A stretch of DNA of 64,000 nt from an uncultured Chloroflexia bacterium (lineage in GTDB: Bacteria > Chloroflexota > Limnocylindria > Limnocylindrales > CSP1-4), in contig CAVYBU010000007.1 in NCBI GenBank assembly GCA_963766735.1, positions 128,001 to 192,000 of the forward strand. The letters run 5' to 3'. The notes beneath the pieces were generated by a model. It searched no databases. It had not been told where the DNA came from and saw only the letters and a program-made list of their open reading frames with translations. Numbering within the stretch: the stretch's first letter is position 1; each line of letters opens with the position of its first letter. Positions 1-9,754 of this stretch are shown here, in pieces. Position numbers and translations under genes: made by a program.

Positions 1-759
1 CGCGCTCGTCCGGCCTGACGCCGGCGTCGCGGAGGTAGTCGAGGGCGCGCAGGACGTCGTAGTGGTACCAGTGCGGGAACGAGAACTGGAGCCAGGTGGG
101 GTCGATCACCTCGCCGGTCGACTTCCGGCGGAACAACCGGCGCTCGAGCAGGTAGGCCTCGCCGCGGCGGCGGGCCTCCCCTACCCTGGCCGAGCCGCCG
201 ATCGCCCGCTCGTACTGGAGCAGGCCCTCGAGGACGTTGATCGTCGTCTCCAACGACGACACCGTCGCGCCGCGCTCGACCTCGCAGTTCCAGCCGCCGT
301 CGGGAGCTGCTCGCCGAGGAGCCGGTCCACGAGCGGCGTCATGTCCACGCCGAAGTACGAGCCGGTCGAGACGACGTTGCCGTTGATGCACGGCTCGACC
401 TCGCCCTCGAAGAGCCTGTTGTCGGCCCAGGGGGCGTCCGCCCAAGGGGAGCCGTCCCGCCAGATCACGTGCTCGAGGACGAGGCCGACGGCCCGCCGGG
501 CCTGCTCGCTCTCGGGAGGCAGTCCCAGCAGCCGCAGCAGCTCCAGGACGTGGAATGTGTCGGTCAAGTCGTGCGACCAGGCCTTGCCACCCCACAAGCC
601 GTCCGGCGCCTGGAGCGCGAGCAGCCGGGCGCCCCAGCCCTCGGTCGCGACCCGCGACCGCTCGGCGGCGATGACGTCCGCGGGCTCGTGCGGAAGGTCC
701 CGCATCACCTGCCAGCGGATGGAGGGATCGGATTCGAGCAGCCAGTCGATGACGGTCAT
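1..759 (-). pseudogene. Prenyltransferase/squalene-cyclase-like (alpha/alpha barrel) protein; frameshifted at ~302-304 and running off the window edge
   Basis: N-terminus MTVIDWLLESDPSIRWQVMRDL...EGEVEPCING. The family-typical continuation DGGWNCE...TTINVLEGLL...EAYLLERRLF...FSFPHWYHYDVLRALDY is in another frame; adding one C to CTCCC(C)GAC restores it. Confidence 0.7.
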
Positions 760-929
760 GTCCTACCTCGCTCCAGCTCCCCCGATTGGCCCCGGTTTCG
801 AGGCCGACAGGCTAGCTGAGCGCCGCCCGGATGTCTGTTGGCGGGCGCGGCCCCCGTGAGTAGGCTGTCTCGTACACCTACGAACCTGGTGATGCGACTC
901 CCCGAAGCATCCCCGCATGGAGGCGCGCC

Positions 930-1511
930 GTGGCCGAGGTCCTTCTGTTCCACCACGCTCAGGGGCTGACCCCCGGCGTCCGCGCGTTTGCCGACGAGCT
1001 GCGGGCCGCCGGGCACACGGTGCACGCGCCCGACCTGTTCGACGGACGCACCTTTCCGTCGATCGACGAGGGCATGACCTTCATCGAAGCGGCCGGGTTC
1101 GACGACCTCCGGGCGCGCGGCATCCGCATGGCCGACGACCTGCCCGAGGATCTCGTGTATGCCGGGTTCTCCTTCGGCGTGACGATCGCCCAGCAGCTGG
1201 CCCAGACGCGACCCGGAGCCCGCGGAGCGCTGCTCTTCTACTCCTGCGTCCCGATCAGCGGTGAGTGGGCCTTCGGACCCTGGCCCGACGGAGTCGCGGT
1301 CCAGATCCACGGCATGGACAACGACCCATTCTTCGTCGGCGAGGGCGACATCGACGCAGCGCGGGAGATCGTCGAGAAGGCCGAGGACGCGGAGCTCTTC
1401 CTCTACCCCGGCGACCAGCACTATTTCGCCGACAGCTCGCTCCCGTCGTACGACGCTGGGGCCACCGCGCTGCTCACCCGCCGGGTGCTGGAGTTCCTGG
1501 ACCGAGTCTGA
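930..1511 (+). CDS. Dienelactone hydrolase family alpha/beta hydrolase
   Basis: HHAQGL, GFSFG nucleophile elbow, YPGDQHYF; GGAGG RBS upstream. Confidence 0.9.
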   Translation: MAEVLLFHHAQGLTPGVRAFADELRAAGHTVHAPDLFDGRTFPSIDEGMTFIEAAGFDDLRARGIRMADDLPEDLVYAGFSFGVTIAQQLAQTRPGARGALLFYSCVPISGEWAFGPWPDGVAVQIHGMDNDPFFVGEGDIDAAREIVEKAEDAELFLYPGDQHYFADSSLPSYDAGATALLTRRVLEFLDRV

Positions 1512-1584
1512 TCCGACCGACCGCCGTCGATCGCGTGTACCCTCGGTGTCCAGGCGGGGAGCCGCGCATGCGACGATCAGCACC

Positions 1585-2463
1585 GTGAACCGTCTCCTCG
1601 TCGTCGACTTCGCCAACATCGCCCACCGCGCCTACTTCGCGGGACGCGGCAATCCTCTGTTCGCGCCGGACGGGCGGCCGGTGTTCCTGGTCAGCACGTT
1701 CCTGCGCTTCGTGCTCGCGCGGATCCGCGAGGAGAAGGTCACCCACGTCGCGCTGGCGTTCGAGAGCACGACCGGCTCGAGACGCCGCGAGCTGCATCCC
1801 GACTACAAGCCGCGCAAGGCGCCGGAGCCCGATGACCTCGTGGTGCAGCTGCGTGACGCCAACATCACCGCGGGCCGCATGGGCTGGGCCCGGTATCGCG
1901 CGGAGGGTTGGGAGGCAGACGACGCGATGGCCGGGATCGCGGACGCTGCCCTCGCGGCGGGCTTCGACGAGGTCCTGCTCCACACCGGCGACCACGATCT
2001 GCTGGGCATGGTCAGCGCCCGGGTGGCGGTGCTGATGCCGCGTACCGGTGGAGGCGTCGACCGGTACGGGCCCGCCGAAGTCGAGGAGCGGAGCCCCTAC
2101 CGCGTGCCGCCGGCACTCGTTGCGGACGTGAAGGCCCTGATGGGCGACGCGACCGACGGCTACGGCGGGGTTCGGGGCATCGGGCCGTCGGTGGGGCCGG
2201 AGCTGGTGCGACGTTTCGGGTCGCTGGCGGCCCTGTACGACCGGATCGAGGAGGTCGAGGCCGTGGGCGTGCGCAACCGTCTGCTCGCCGGGCGCGCAGA
2301 CGCCTTCCGCTGCCTCGATCTCGCCACGCTGCGTCGCGGCGCTCCCCTCTCCCCTGCCTACGATCCCGAAGCGGGGCGTGTCGGTACGCACGATCCGGAT
2401 CGTGCCTCCGCATGGCTCACCCGCATGGGCCTGGAACATCTGATCCGCGCCCTGGGCCCGTAG
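1585..2463 (+). CDS. Stand-alone 5'-3' exonuclease / flap endonuclease (Pol I N-terminal-like)
   Basis: VVDFANIAHRAYF, YK, EADD, TGDHDL, H3TH motif ALMGDATDGYGGVRGIG; GTG start inferred at 1585. Confidence 0.88.
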   Translation: MNRLLVVDFANIAHRAYFAGRGNPLFAPDGRPVFLVSTFLRFVLARIREEKVTHVALAFESTTGSRRRELHPDYKPRKAPEPDDLVVQLRDANITAGRMGWARYRAEGWEADDAMAGIADAALAAGFDEVLLHTGDHDLLGMVSARVAVLMPRTGGGVDRYGPAEVEERSPYRVPPALVADVKALMGDATDGYGGVRGIGPSVGPELVRRFGSLAALYDRIEEVEAVGVRNRLLAGRADAFRCLDLATLRRGAPLSPAYDPEAGRVGTHDPDRASAWLTRMGLEHLIRALGP

Positions 2464-2597
2464 GCCGGCGAGGTCGCCAAGGAGGCGAGCTTCAACGGCC
2501 TGAGGCGCCCTCCCCTACCCTGCCTGGGCGCTGACGACACCGTCAGCGCGAAGCCGGCCGTGCCTGATCCCGGTGGATCGGACGGTATCCTCCGGGG

Positions 2598-3140
2598 ATG
2601 TGGGAGGACATCGCGATCGAACGAGGTCCCGAGGGCACCATCTCGGACGCCGCGCGGGCGGATCTCGTCGCGCGCAGCGCCGCGGAGGTCGCCGCGGCCA
2701 TCGCGTGGGTCGAGGCCCACGAGGACCGCGTGGCTTCGCTTGCCAGCGACCAGAGCCGGGACGACGAGGCCCGGGCGAGCTTCCGGGAGGCCCAGCGCGT
2801 CCGTGAGCTGCTCCGGGTCAGGGCCTACTCGATCGAGGCCGCCAGGACATGGGCGGAGCTCACCGCAGCCGAGCAGGGAGCTCTGCTCGCTCGCGCCGAG
2901 CGCGCGGGGCTCGACACCTCCGAGAAGACCGCGACCGCGGCCATCGGGATCATCCTCAACCAGCTCGTCGTCGCTCGACTGGTCGCGCTCGCGACGGCTA
3001 CCAAGAACGGCGAGGCGTCCGTCGGCGAGGCGATGATCGCGCTTCCGATCCGCTTCCAGCTGGAGGTCATCGCCGAGACGGGCGGCGATCTCCGCGTGCC
3101 GGGTGAGGTCCTCCGGATCATCGACGCCTCAGCCGGCTGA
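2598..3140 (+). CDS. Hypothetical alpha-helical protein
   Basis: 180-aa ORF with GC3-biased codons; TATCCT 6 nt before ATG. Confidence 0.65.
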   Translation: MWEDIAIERGPEGTISDAARADLVARSAAEVAAAIAWVEAHEDRVASLASDQSRDDEARASFREAQRVRELLRVRAYSIEAARTWAELTAAEQGALLARAERAGLDTSEKTATAAIGIILNQLVVARLVALATATKNGEASVGEAMIALPIRFQLEVIAETGGDLRVPGEVLRIIDASAG

Positions 3141-3178
3141 CGTCGAGGAACTGCGCCGTACGGAAACCGGGATCCCGG

Positions 3179-4324
3179 TCAATCGGCCGGGTGCTCCTCC
3201 ACCCAATGCCGCAGGCTGCCGCGCCAAAGCGCCCGCCCGTGGAACGAGACGTCCGGGCCGATCGCCCGCAGCCCGCCGTACCACTGGAGCGTCTTGAGCA
3301 GCGGGGTCACCTGGGAGCCATAGGCCTCCATGCAGGCCTTGGGCTGGACGCCAGGCCACGAGTAGCACGAGACCACCGTGCGCCGCTCAGCGGTGGGTAT
3401 CCCGGGAGGCAGGCGGTCCCAGGCCGGGTCCTCCGGTCCGAACTCCCACTGGTCCAGGTTGCCCTGCGGGATGCCCTCGATCCCGCGCACCACCGGCGGA
3501 TCGTCATCGAGGAGATACGGATCGACCGCAAGGTCACAGACGATCGCATGAGCGGGCAGCAGGCCGAGCCAGGCATTGGGGAACAGGGGCCGCGAAGTAT
3601 CGCGGCGAGCCGTCGCGTCGACGAGGATGTCCGTCAGTGGCAGGCGGTGCCGGAAGTAGGCCTCGTTGCCGGCCAGGCTCTGCTCGGCGACCACCACCTC
3701 AACCCCGGGCAGGCCCTCGCGGATGAACCGCTCGCTGCGCGTCTCGTCACCGCACCTGGCGGCCCATTCGATTGCGTGCTTGCCAACCCCGCCCGCACCC
3801 AGGATCGTGACGCTGATTGCCGGGCGCGACCGCGAAAGCAGCGGCGGCCACCGCCGCTCGAGGGCGTCGAACGCGGCCGCCAGGCCGTTGCGGGCAACGT
3901 CGCGCAGATTCTGGACCAGGCGCCGCCCGTCGTCACCGGTGACCATGTCCAGGGCGATGGCCTCGATGCGCAGGTCGCGCAGCAGATCGACGCGTTCGGG
4001 CCGAGTGGCGAAGTGGAGCATCGAGAGCAGGATCGCGCCGGGCCGGATCAGCTCGTAGCGGCCTTCAGGGGCCCGGAGCACCACCACGATGTCCTGGCGG
4101 TATGCCGTGGCCTCGTCGACGATGTGAACGCGTGGTGAGCCGGCGACATAGTCGTCATCGGAGATGCCCATGCCCTCCCCGCTCCCGGCCTCGACGTACA
4201 CATCGATTCCCAGGTTCGCGAGCAGGCCTGTCAGCGGTGGCAGAAACGCGCGGCGCTCTCCGGGCTCGTTGTACATCCGCGGGAAGCCAATCGTGAGTCG
4301 GCGGTCGTTCGCCATCCCCTGCAT
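3179..4324 (-). CDS. AlaDH/PNT-superfamily NAD(P)-dependent dehydrogenase, paralog 1
   Basis: IGFPRMYNEPGERR, VEAGSGEGMGISDDDY, MLHF, Rossmann ILGAGGVG, CDLAVD; start may be 4315. Confidence 0.8.
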   Translation of the reverse strand: MQGMANDRRLTIGFPRMYNEPGERRAFLPPLTGLLANLGIDVYVEAGSGEGMGISDDDYVAGSPRVHIVDEATAYRQDIVVVLRAPEGRYELIRPGAILLSMLHFATRPERVDLLRDLRIEAIALDMVTGDDGRRLVQNLRDVARNGLAAAFDALERRWPPLLSRSRPAISVTILGAGGVGKHAIEWAARCGDETRSERFIREGLPGVEVVVAEQSLAGNEAYFRHRLPLTDILVDATARRDTSRPLFPNAWLGLLPAHAIVCDLAVDPYLLDDDPPVVRGIEGIPQGNLDQWEFGPEDPAWDRLPPGIPTAERRTVVSCYSWPGVQPKACMEAYGSQVTPLLKTLQWYGGLRAIGPDVSFHGRALWRGSLRHWVEEHPAD

Positions 4325-4360
4325 CTGTCGTCCTTCCTCTGGGGGACGCCTCTCCCTCGC

Positions 4361-4771
4361 CTACGCTCGCGCTCCCGACGTGCCCGGAGCCGGGCCTGCC
4401 GCGGCGGCCCTGGATCGGACCCGGGCGCTCAGGATGCCAAACAGGAGGCCGAGGGCAAGGCGTCGGAGCATCTCGGACCTGCGGACCTGCCAGCCCTCCG
4501 CCAGCGCCGATTCGACCCCGGGGTCGAGGAGGAGCCGTGCCCCGGCGACCGTCGCTGCACCCGCGGTCGCGGCCTCAAGCCGGACGAGGCGGCGGATGGT
4601 CCCAGTGCTGCTGTTCGTCGCCAGGTTCGCGAGGTCGGCCACGAGGATCCCGGCGGTCACAGCGGTCACGACGGCCGCACCAGGCCACCGGAGACGCTTG
4701 ATCGCAAGCTGCGAGATCGGCAGGCCTGCGCCGACGACAATGGTGACTGCCAGATCGATCTGACGGCGCAT
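4361..4771 (-). CDS. Hypothetical membrane protein
   Basis: Several hydrophobic segments; GGAGG RBS upstream. Confidence 0.6.
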   Translation of the reverse strand: MRRQIDLAVTIVVGAGLPISQLAIKRLRWPGAAVVTAVTAGILVADLANLATNSSTGTIRRLVRLEAATAGAATVAGARLLLDPGVESALAEGWQVRRSEMLRRLALGLLFGILSARVRSRAAAAGPAPGTSGARA

Positions 4772-4973
4772 GGGGACCTCCGACGTGACAGGACAGCGGG
4801 GCTGCCCGGTGCCAGGATCTGTTCGGGCGAGGCCAGTGCGAGCACCCGTTGGCGATCATCCTACCCGCCCCCGACGTATCGCTGGTCGCCTCCGTCGTGG
4901 TGCCCAGCCGCACCACTCCCGGGGCGGTGATGTCCGGGCGAACGCCCCAACGACGCTACCCCGTCCAGCAACG

Positions 4974-5243
4974 CTACTGCTGCTCACGCGACGAGTTGCC
5001 CCCGTCCTCCTCGCTCCCCTGCCGGCCCCGGTATGCGGCCAGGTCCTGCTTCGCCTTGCGGTCGATGAACGGCACCAGGAACGGGAGCATGAACAGACCG
5101 GCGACCAGGAGTGGCACGAATAGCATCACGATCCCAAGCGCCATGTCGGGCAGCACCGCGGACACCACCTGCACCCCCACCCAGTAGCCAACCATCCCGG
5201 CCGGCAGGGAGAGGATGAGCAGGATGTTGGGCATGAAGCGCAT
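4974..5243 (-). CDS. Small two-TM membrane protein
   Basis: MRFMPNILLILSL... with two hydrophobic helices; TACGAT 6 nt before ATG. Confidence 0.65.
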   Translation of the reverse strand: MRFMPNILLILSLPAGMVGYWVGVQVVSAVLPDMALGIVMLFVPLLVAGLFMLPFLVPFIDRKAKQDLAAYRGRQGSEEDGGNSSREQQ

Positions 5244-5325
5244 CGACCGATCGTACCCCTCATCGCCGAGGACTTCGTGCAACCATGGGGATGCACGAGT
5301 CCAGGCAAGGATGAGGGCTGAGGTC

Positions 5326-6564
5326 ATGGCGTCAGAGAAGCATCGGGTTGTCGTGCCTGGCGAGGCCACGCCCCTGGGCGGTCAGGCGATCGCCGACGTC
5401 GAGGCGCATGCGGCGCACAACTACCATCCGCTGCCGGTCGTGCTCGCCTGGGGCGAGGGCGCCTGGGTCCACGATGTCGATGGACGCCGGTACCTCGACA
5501 TGCTCGCCGGCTACAGCGCCCTCAACTTCGGGCACCGCAATCCACGTCTCGTCGCGGCGGCCGAACGCCAGCTCGGGCGGCTCACGCTCACGGGCCGGGC
5601 GTTCCACAACGATCTGCTGGGGACCTTCGCGTCGGAGCTGGCGGCACTGTGCGGGATGGACATGATCCTGCCCATGAACACGGGTGCCGAGGCCGTGGAG
5701 ACGGCGCTCAAGATGGCTCGCAAGTGGGGCTACCAGGCGAAGGGAGTGCCCGAGGGCAGGGCCAGGATCATCGTCTTCGGTGGCAACTTCCACGGACGGA
5801 CGACAACGATCATCAGCTTCTCCGACGACCCGGCCGCTCGTGCCGGCTTTGGGCCCTACACGCCCGGCTTCACCGAGGTTCCGTTCGGAGATGCTGAGGC
5901 ACTTGGCCGGGCCATCGACGCGGACACGGTGGCGGTCCTGCTCGAGCCCATCCAGGGCGAAGCGGGGGTCATCATTCCGCCCGCAGGCTTCCTGCGCGAC
6001 GTGCGCCGGCTATGTACCGATAACGGCGTATTGATGCTCGCGGACGAGATCCAGGCGGGGCTGGGCCGAACGGGCGAGACCTTCGCGTGCGACCACGAGG
6101 GCGTCGTGCCCGACGCGTACATCCTGGGCAAGGCTCTCGGCGGCGGGATCATGCCGGTCTCGGCAGTCGTGGCGTCGGCGGAGGTGATGGGAGTCTTCCG
6201 GCCAGGCGAGCACGGCAGCACCTTCGGTGGCAACCCGCTCGCATGCGCGATCGGCATCGAGGTGGTGCGGATGCTCGAGACCGACGAGCTCCAGGCCCGG
6301 ACCCGCGAGCTCGGAGCCGTCCTGCAGGACCTCCTCGAAACCCTGCCGCCCGACCGCGTCTCCGCCGTTCGGACACGCGGGCTGTGGGCCGGGATCGACA
6401 TCGTGGGCCGGACCGGGCGCGACGTATGTGAAGGCCTCATGCGGCGGGGCGTGCTCGCGAAGGACACCCACGGCTCCACGATCCGCCTCGCACCGCCGCT
6501 GGTGATCGAGCGCGCCGATCTCGAATGGGCGGTGGATCAGCTCCGCGAGGAGCTCGCGTCCTAG
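5326..6564 (+). CDS. rocD: Ornithine--oxo-acid aminotransferase (class III PLP)
   Basis: AHNYHPLPVV, YSALNFGH, NTGAEAVETALK, NFHGRT, DEIQAGLGRTG, LGKALGGG, HGSTFGGNPLA. Confidence 0.93.
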   Translation: MASEKHRVVVPGEATPLGGQAIADVEAHAAHNYHPLPVVLAWGEGAWVHDVDGRRYLDMLAGYSALNFGHRNPRLVAAAERQLGRLTLTGRAFHNDLLGTFASELAALCGMDMILPMNTGAEAVETALKMARKWGYQAKGVPEGRARIIVFGGNFHGRTTTIISFSDDPAARAGFGPYTPGFTEVPFGDAEALGRAIDADTVAVLLEPIQGEAGVIIPPAGFLRDVRRLCTDNGVLMLADEIQAGLGRTGETFACDHEGVVPDAYILGKALGGGIMPVSAVVASAEVMGVFRPGEHGSTFGGNPLACAIGIEVVRMLETDELQARTRELGAVLQDLLETLPPDRVSAVRTRGLWAGIDIVGRTGRDVCEGLMRRGVLAKDTHGSTIRLAPPLVIERADLEWAVDQLREELAS

Positions 6565-6800
6565 ACCGCTGGGACCGCAGCTCGCGCACCCGGGCAACCG
6601 GCATTGACCGGGCGCTACCGCCTGTCGTTGCGACGCGCCTCCACCTCTCCCTTGGGCATGACGATGATGCGGCCCCCGCATCGACAGCGGCGGCTCAGCG
6701 CCTCTGCCTTCTGGAACGCAGTCCGCAGGCAGGTCCCGCAGACGGAAACCTCGCCGACCTTCACGCGATGCCGACCCACGCTCCTGCCGAGGGACCCGGC

Positions 6801-7841
6801 TCAGGCCACCGCAACTGGTCGCTCGATGGCAGCATCGGGCATGAAACGGCGATCGACGAGGACCCGGACGACGTAGGTGATCTCCAGGTCGGCGCCGTCG
6901 AACGACGGGGCCATGCCGGGCGGCAGCGCCAGCGCGACCTCCGCGTTCCCGGACCGCAAGGCGTCCGAACCCATCGTCGCGACCGCGACAATGTCCTCTG
7001 TGCCGTTCGGCGCGTTCGTGCGGCGGTGAAGCTCGATGCGGGCGGGTCCGCCAGGAGCACCGGGCCACGCGGCACGGACTCCAAGGGTGGAGCCGGGAGC
7101 AGCGGGTAGCCGGCTCGTGACTTCGATGGTCGCCCCGTTCACGGTCACGATCTCGAGCATCGCCATGCCACCCTGCTTGCCGACTCCGGCCCGGATGAGG
7201 TCCGGGTGCTGGGCGACCGGAACGAGAATCGCCACGAACGCGTCGTCGCCCATGGCCACGTCCCAGCGAGCCTCCAGGGCCCAGGCCACGATCGCCTCGC
7301 CGAGGTGGGCGCTCGGCGGCCCGAGGCGCGGGGCCGGAACCGAGAAGCGTGTCTCGAACACTTGACCGTCGGCGAGGCTTGAGGGGATCGCGGGGGTCAG
7401 GAAGGCATCCTCCACGAACAGGCGCCCGTTGGCCTCGACCCAGTTCTCGGTGTGGCTGGTGTTCTTGCCGGTGTCGTGGGTCTCGCTCCTCCGCTCCTCC
7501 ACGAGGCGGAGCCCCACCAGTCGCAGGACGGCCTTGCGGGCCGAGATCGGCTCCCGGGCCACCAGGCGCAAAGAACCCTCGATCCCCTCCCCCACCCTCA
7601 CCGGGCCATCCAGGACGAACGACCCCTCCACGGGACCGTGCGACGGCCGCAGGAGCGCGTCGGCCGAGATGCCGTGCAGCGGGTGCGAGCCCTCGTACCC
7701 GGCGAGCCGGCTGCCGTTCGCGGCATCGAATGGTTCGGGGCAGCGCCCCTGGTGCGTCGTGTAGCCGTAGCCGCTGCCGCCGAACGAGATCGAGACCACG
7801 TCGCTCTCCAGTCGCCTCTGCACAGTGGGCGCCACTTCCAT
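6801..7841 (-). CDS. Hypothetical protein with two arrestin/Spo0M-like beta-sandwich domains
   Basis: Beta-rich; two copies of an F.lP...PPS....I.W/Y.l.a..D pattern. Confidence 0.6.
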   Translation of the reverse strand: MEVAPTVQRRLESDVVSISFGGSGYGYTTHQGRCPEPFDAANGSRLAGYEGSHPLHGISADALLRPSHGPVEGSFVLDGPVRVGEGIEGSLRLVAREPISARKAVLRLVGLRLVEERRSETHDTGKNTSHTENWVEANGRLFVEDAFLTPAIPSSLADGQVFETRFSVPAPRLGPPSAHLGEAIVAWALEARWDVAMGDDAFVAILVPVAQHPDLIRAGVGKQGGMAMLEIVTVNGATIEVTSRLPAAPGSTLGVRAAWPGAPGGPARIELHRRTNAPNGTEDIVAVATMGSDALRSGNAEVALALPPGMAPSFDGADLEITYVVRVLVDRRFMPDAAIERPVAVA

Positions 7842-7994
7842 GACCCTGGGCCATGAGAGCGTACGCGTCTACGGCCAGTTGATGTGTCGCCGGGGTTCCC
7901 CTGGGTCCTCCTGGCTGACCGCGACGGGGCCTGTCGGCCGCGTCACTCACCCGCCGGCGCGCTAGGCTTGCGTGACGTAGTGGAGGTGGTCCGG

Positions 7995-9161
7995 ATGACC
8001 CAGGGTTCCAGTCGCCCATCCTTCGGGTTCCCACGGATGCACAAGGAGGCAGGTGAGAACCGTGACTTCCTGCCCCCGCTGATCGGCCTTCTCGCCGGCC
8101 AGGGCGCAGATGTGTTCGTGGAGTCCGGGATCGGGTCCGGGATGGGCTACTCGGACATGGACTACACCTCCGTCTCGTCCAACGTGCACGCCACGGACGA
8201 GGAGGGCGCCTACCGCCAGGACATCGTGGTGGTCCTCCGCGCGCCCGAGGGCCGCTACCAGATGCTGCGCCGCGGAGCCGTCTTGATCTCGATGCTGCAC
8301 TTCCCAACCCGGCCGGCACGCGTCGAGATGCTCTCGGAGCTGGGGATCGACGCCATCAGCCTCGACACGATCGTCGATGACGAGGGCAAGCGACTGATCG
8401 AGAACCTGCGAAGCGTTGCCTGGAACGGTGTTGGATCGGCGTTCCAGGCCCTGGAGCGCCAATGGCCGGCCCTGACGGTCCCCGGACGACCGCCGGTGAG
8501 GGTGACCATCATGGGCGCCGGGACAGTTGGCAAGCACGCAGTCGAGTTCGCCACGAAGTACGGCGACGACGCCCGCAACGAGGCATTCATGCGCCTTGGG
8601 TTGGCCGGCGTCGAGGTGGTGACCACCGGACGCAACCTCACCCGCGACCCGGAGTACCTCCGCGCGAGGCTCACGATGACCGACATCCTGGTGGACGCGA
8701 CGCAGCGCCACGACCCATCGATGCCTCTCATCCCGAACGAATGGCTGGGCCTCATGCCCGATCATGCCGTCGTCTGCGACCTCGTCGTGGACCCCTACCT
8801 GCTGGACAGCGATCCGGTGGTCGTGCGCGGCATCGAGGGCATCCCGCAGGGCGATCTCAACCAGTGGGAGTTCAGGCCGGACGATCCGGCCTGGGACGCG
8901 GTCCCGCCGAGCATTCCCACGGATCAGCGCCGGACGACGGTGTCCTGCTACTCCTGGCCCGGCGTCCGTCCGGAGCCCTGCATGTACGTCTACGGATCGC
9001 AGGTCGCGCCGATCCTCGAGACCCTGAGCCGCGCCGGTGGGCTGGACGGCGTTCGCCCCAGTGGCTCCTACCATGAGCGGGCGACCTGGCGCGCGAGCCT
9101 CCGGGCGTGGCGGATCGGCGAAGGAGCATCCATCGGGACACCGCCGCCCATCACCGGCTGA
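7995..9161 (+). CDS. AlaDH/PNT-superfamily NAD(P)-dependent dehydrogenase, paralog 2
   Basis: FGFPRMHKEAGENR, VESGIGSGMGYSD, IMGAGTVG; long blocks identical to 3179-4324; GGAGGT RBS. Confidence 0.8.
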   Translation: MTQGSSRPSFGFPRMHKEAGENRDFLPPLIGLLAGQGADVFVESGIGSGMGYSDMDYTSVSSNVHATDEEGAYRQDIVVVLRAPEGRYQMLRRGAVLISMLHFPTRPARVEMLSELGIDAISLDTIVDDEGKRLIENLRSVAWNGVGSAFQALERQWPALTVPGRPPVRVTIMGAGTVGKHAVEFATKYGDDARNEAFMRLGLAGVEVVTTGRNLTRDPEYLRARLTMTDILVDATQRHDPSMPLIPNEWLGLMPDHAVVCDLVVDPYLLDSDPVVVRGIEGIPQGDLNQWEFRPDDPAWDAVPPSIPTDQRRTTVSCYSWPGVRPEPCMYVYGSQVAPILETLSRAGGLDGVRPSGSYHERATWRASLRAWRIGEGASIGTPPPITG

Positions 9162-9189
9162 CGCGGCACCGCGCGGCCTGCCGGCCTCC

Positions 9190-9588
9190 TCAGCGGCGGC
9201 GAACGGCCAGGACGCGCTTGATGTTCCGGATCGTCTGGTCGAGCATCAGGTCGACCTCGGCAGGGCCGGCATCGTCGCGCAGGTGAAGGCGGAGCGTCAC
9301 CCCGCAGGTGCTTGACGTGCCCTCACTGACCTCGATCGAACCGTGGTAGTCGCCACCCGGCGTGCCCCACTCCACGCGGCGCGCGCCACGATCCGCGATG
9401 AACCTGGCCTCACGGACATCGGGGCGGCCTTTGACCTCGGGCTCGGCCTCCGGATCGCCATCCACCGCGATGGTCTCCTCGAGCCTGATCGCCGGGACGT
9501 ACTCCGGCAGTCGCTCCGGGTCGGCGAACAGGGCGAAGGCGGCGTCTGCGCCGACGCCGACCGTCGCGCTCCGCTCGAAATCGGCCAT
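9190..9588 (-). CDS. SRPBCC (polyketide cyclase/START) family protein
   Basis: FERSATV...AFALFADPERLPEYVP; GGAGG RBS. Confidence 0.75.
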   Translation of the reverse strand: MADFERSATVGVGADAAFALFADPERLPEYVPAIRLEETIAVDGDPEAEPEVKGRPDVREARFIADRGARRVEWGTPGGDYHGSIEVSEGTSSTCGVTLRLHLRDDAGPAEVDLMLDQTIRNIKRVLAVRRR

Positions 9589-9754
9589 GCCTCCATGTTG
9601 GCACACGACGCCGGAACTCGCGCCGCGCCCGCGGCGCCGATGGAACCATCCGCAAATGCCGCCCATCGGAGATGCCGTTCGGCGATTGGATCGCTATCCT
9701 GCCAAGTCATGAGCAGCGCGCGCCACCTCCCCGCCGCCGACGATCGAGAGACCG

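Noticed and set aside
4780-4970. Short ORFs between the two small membrane genes
   Set aside because: No motif, start signal or convincing codon bias.
6565-6800. Possible long hairpin (CTGTCG/CGACAG, GATGCGG/CCGCATC) between rocD and the convergent gene
   Set aside because: Pairings are imperfect and mutually exclusive, which is expected by chance at this GC content; no promoter or known motif.
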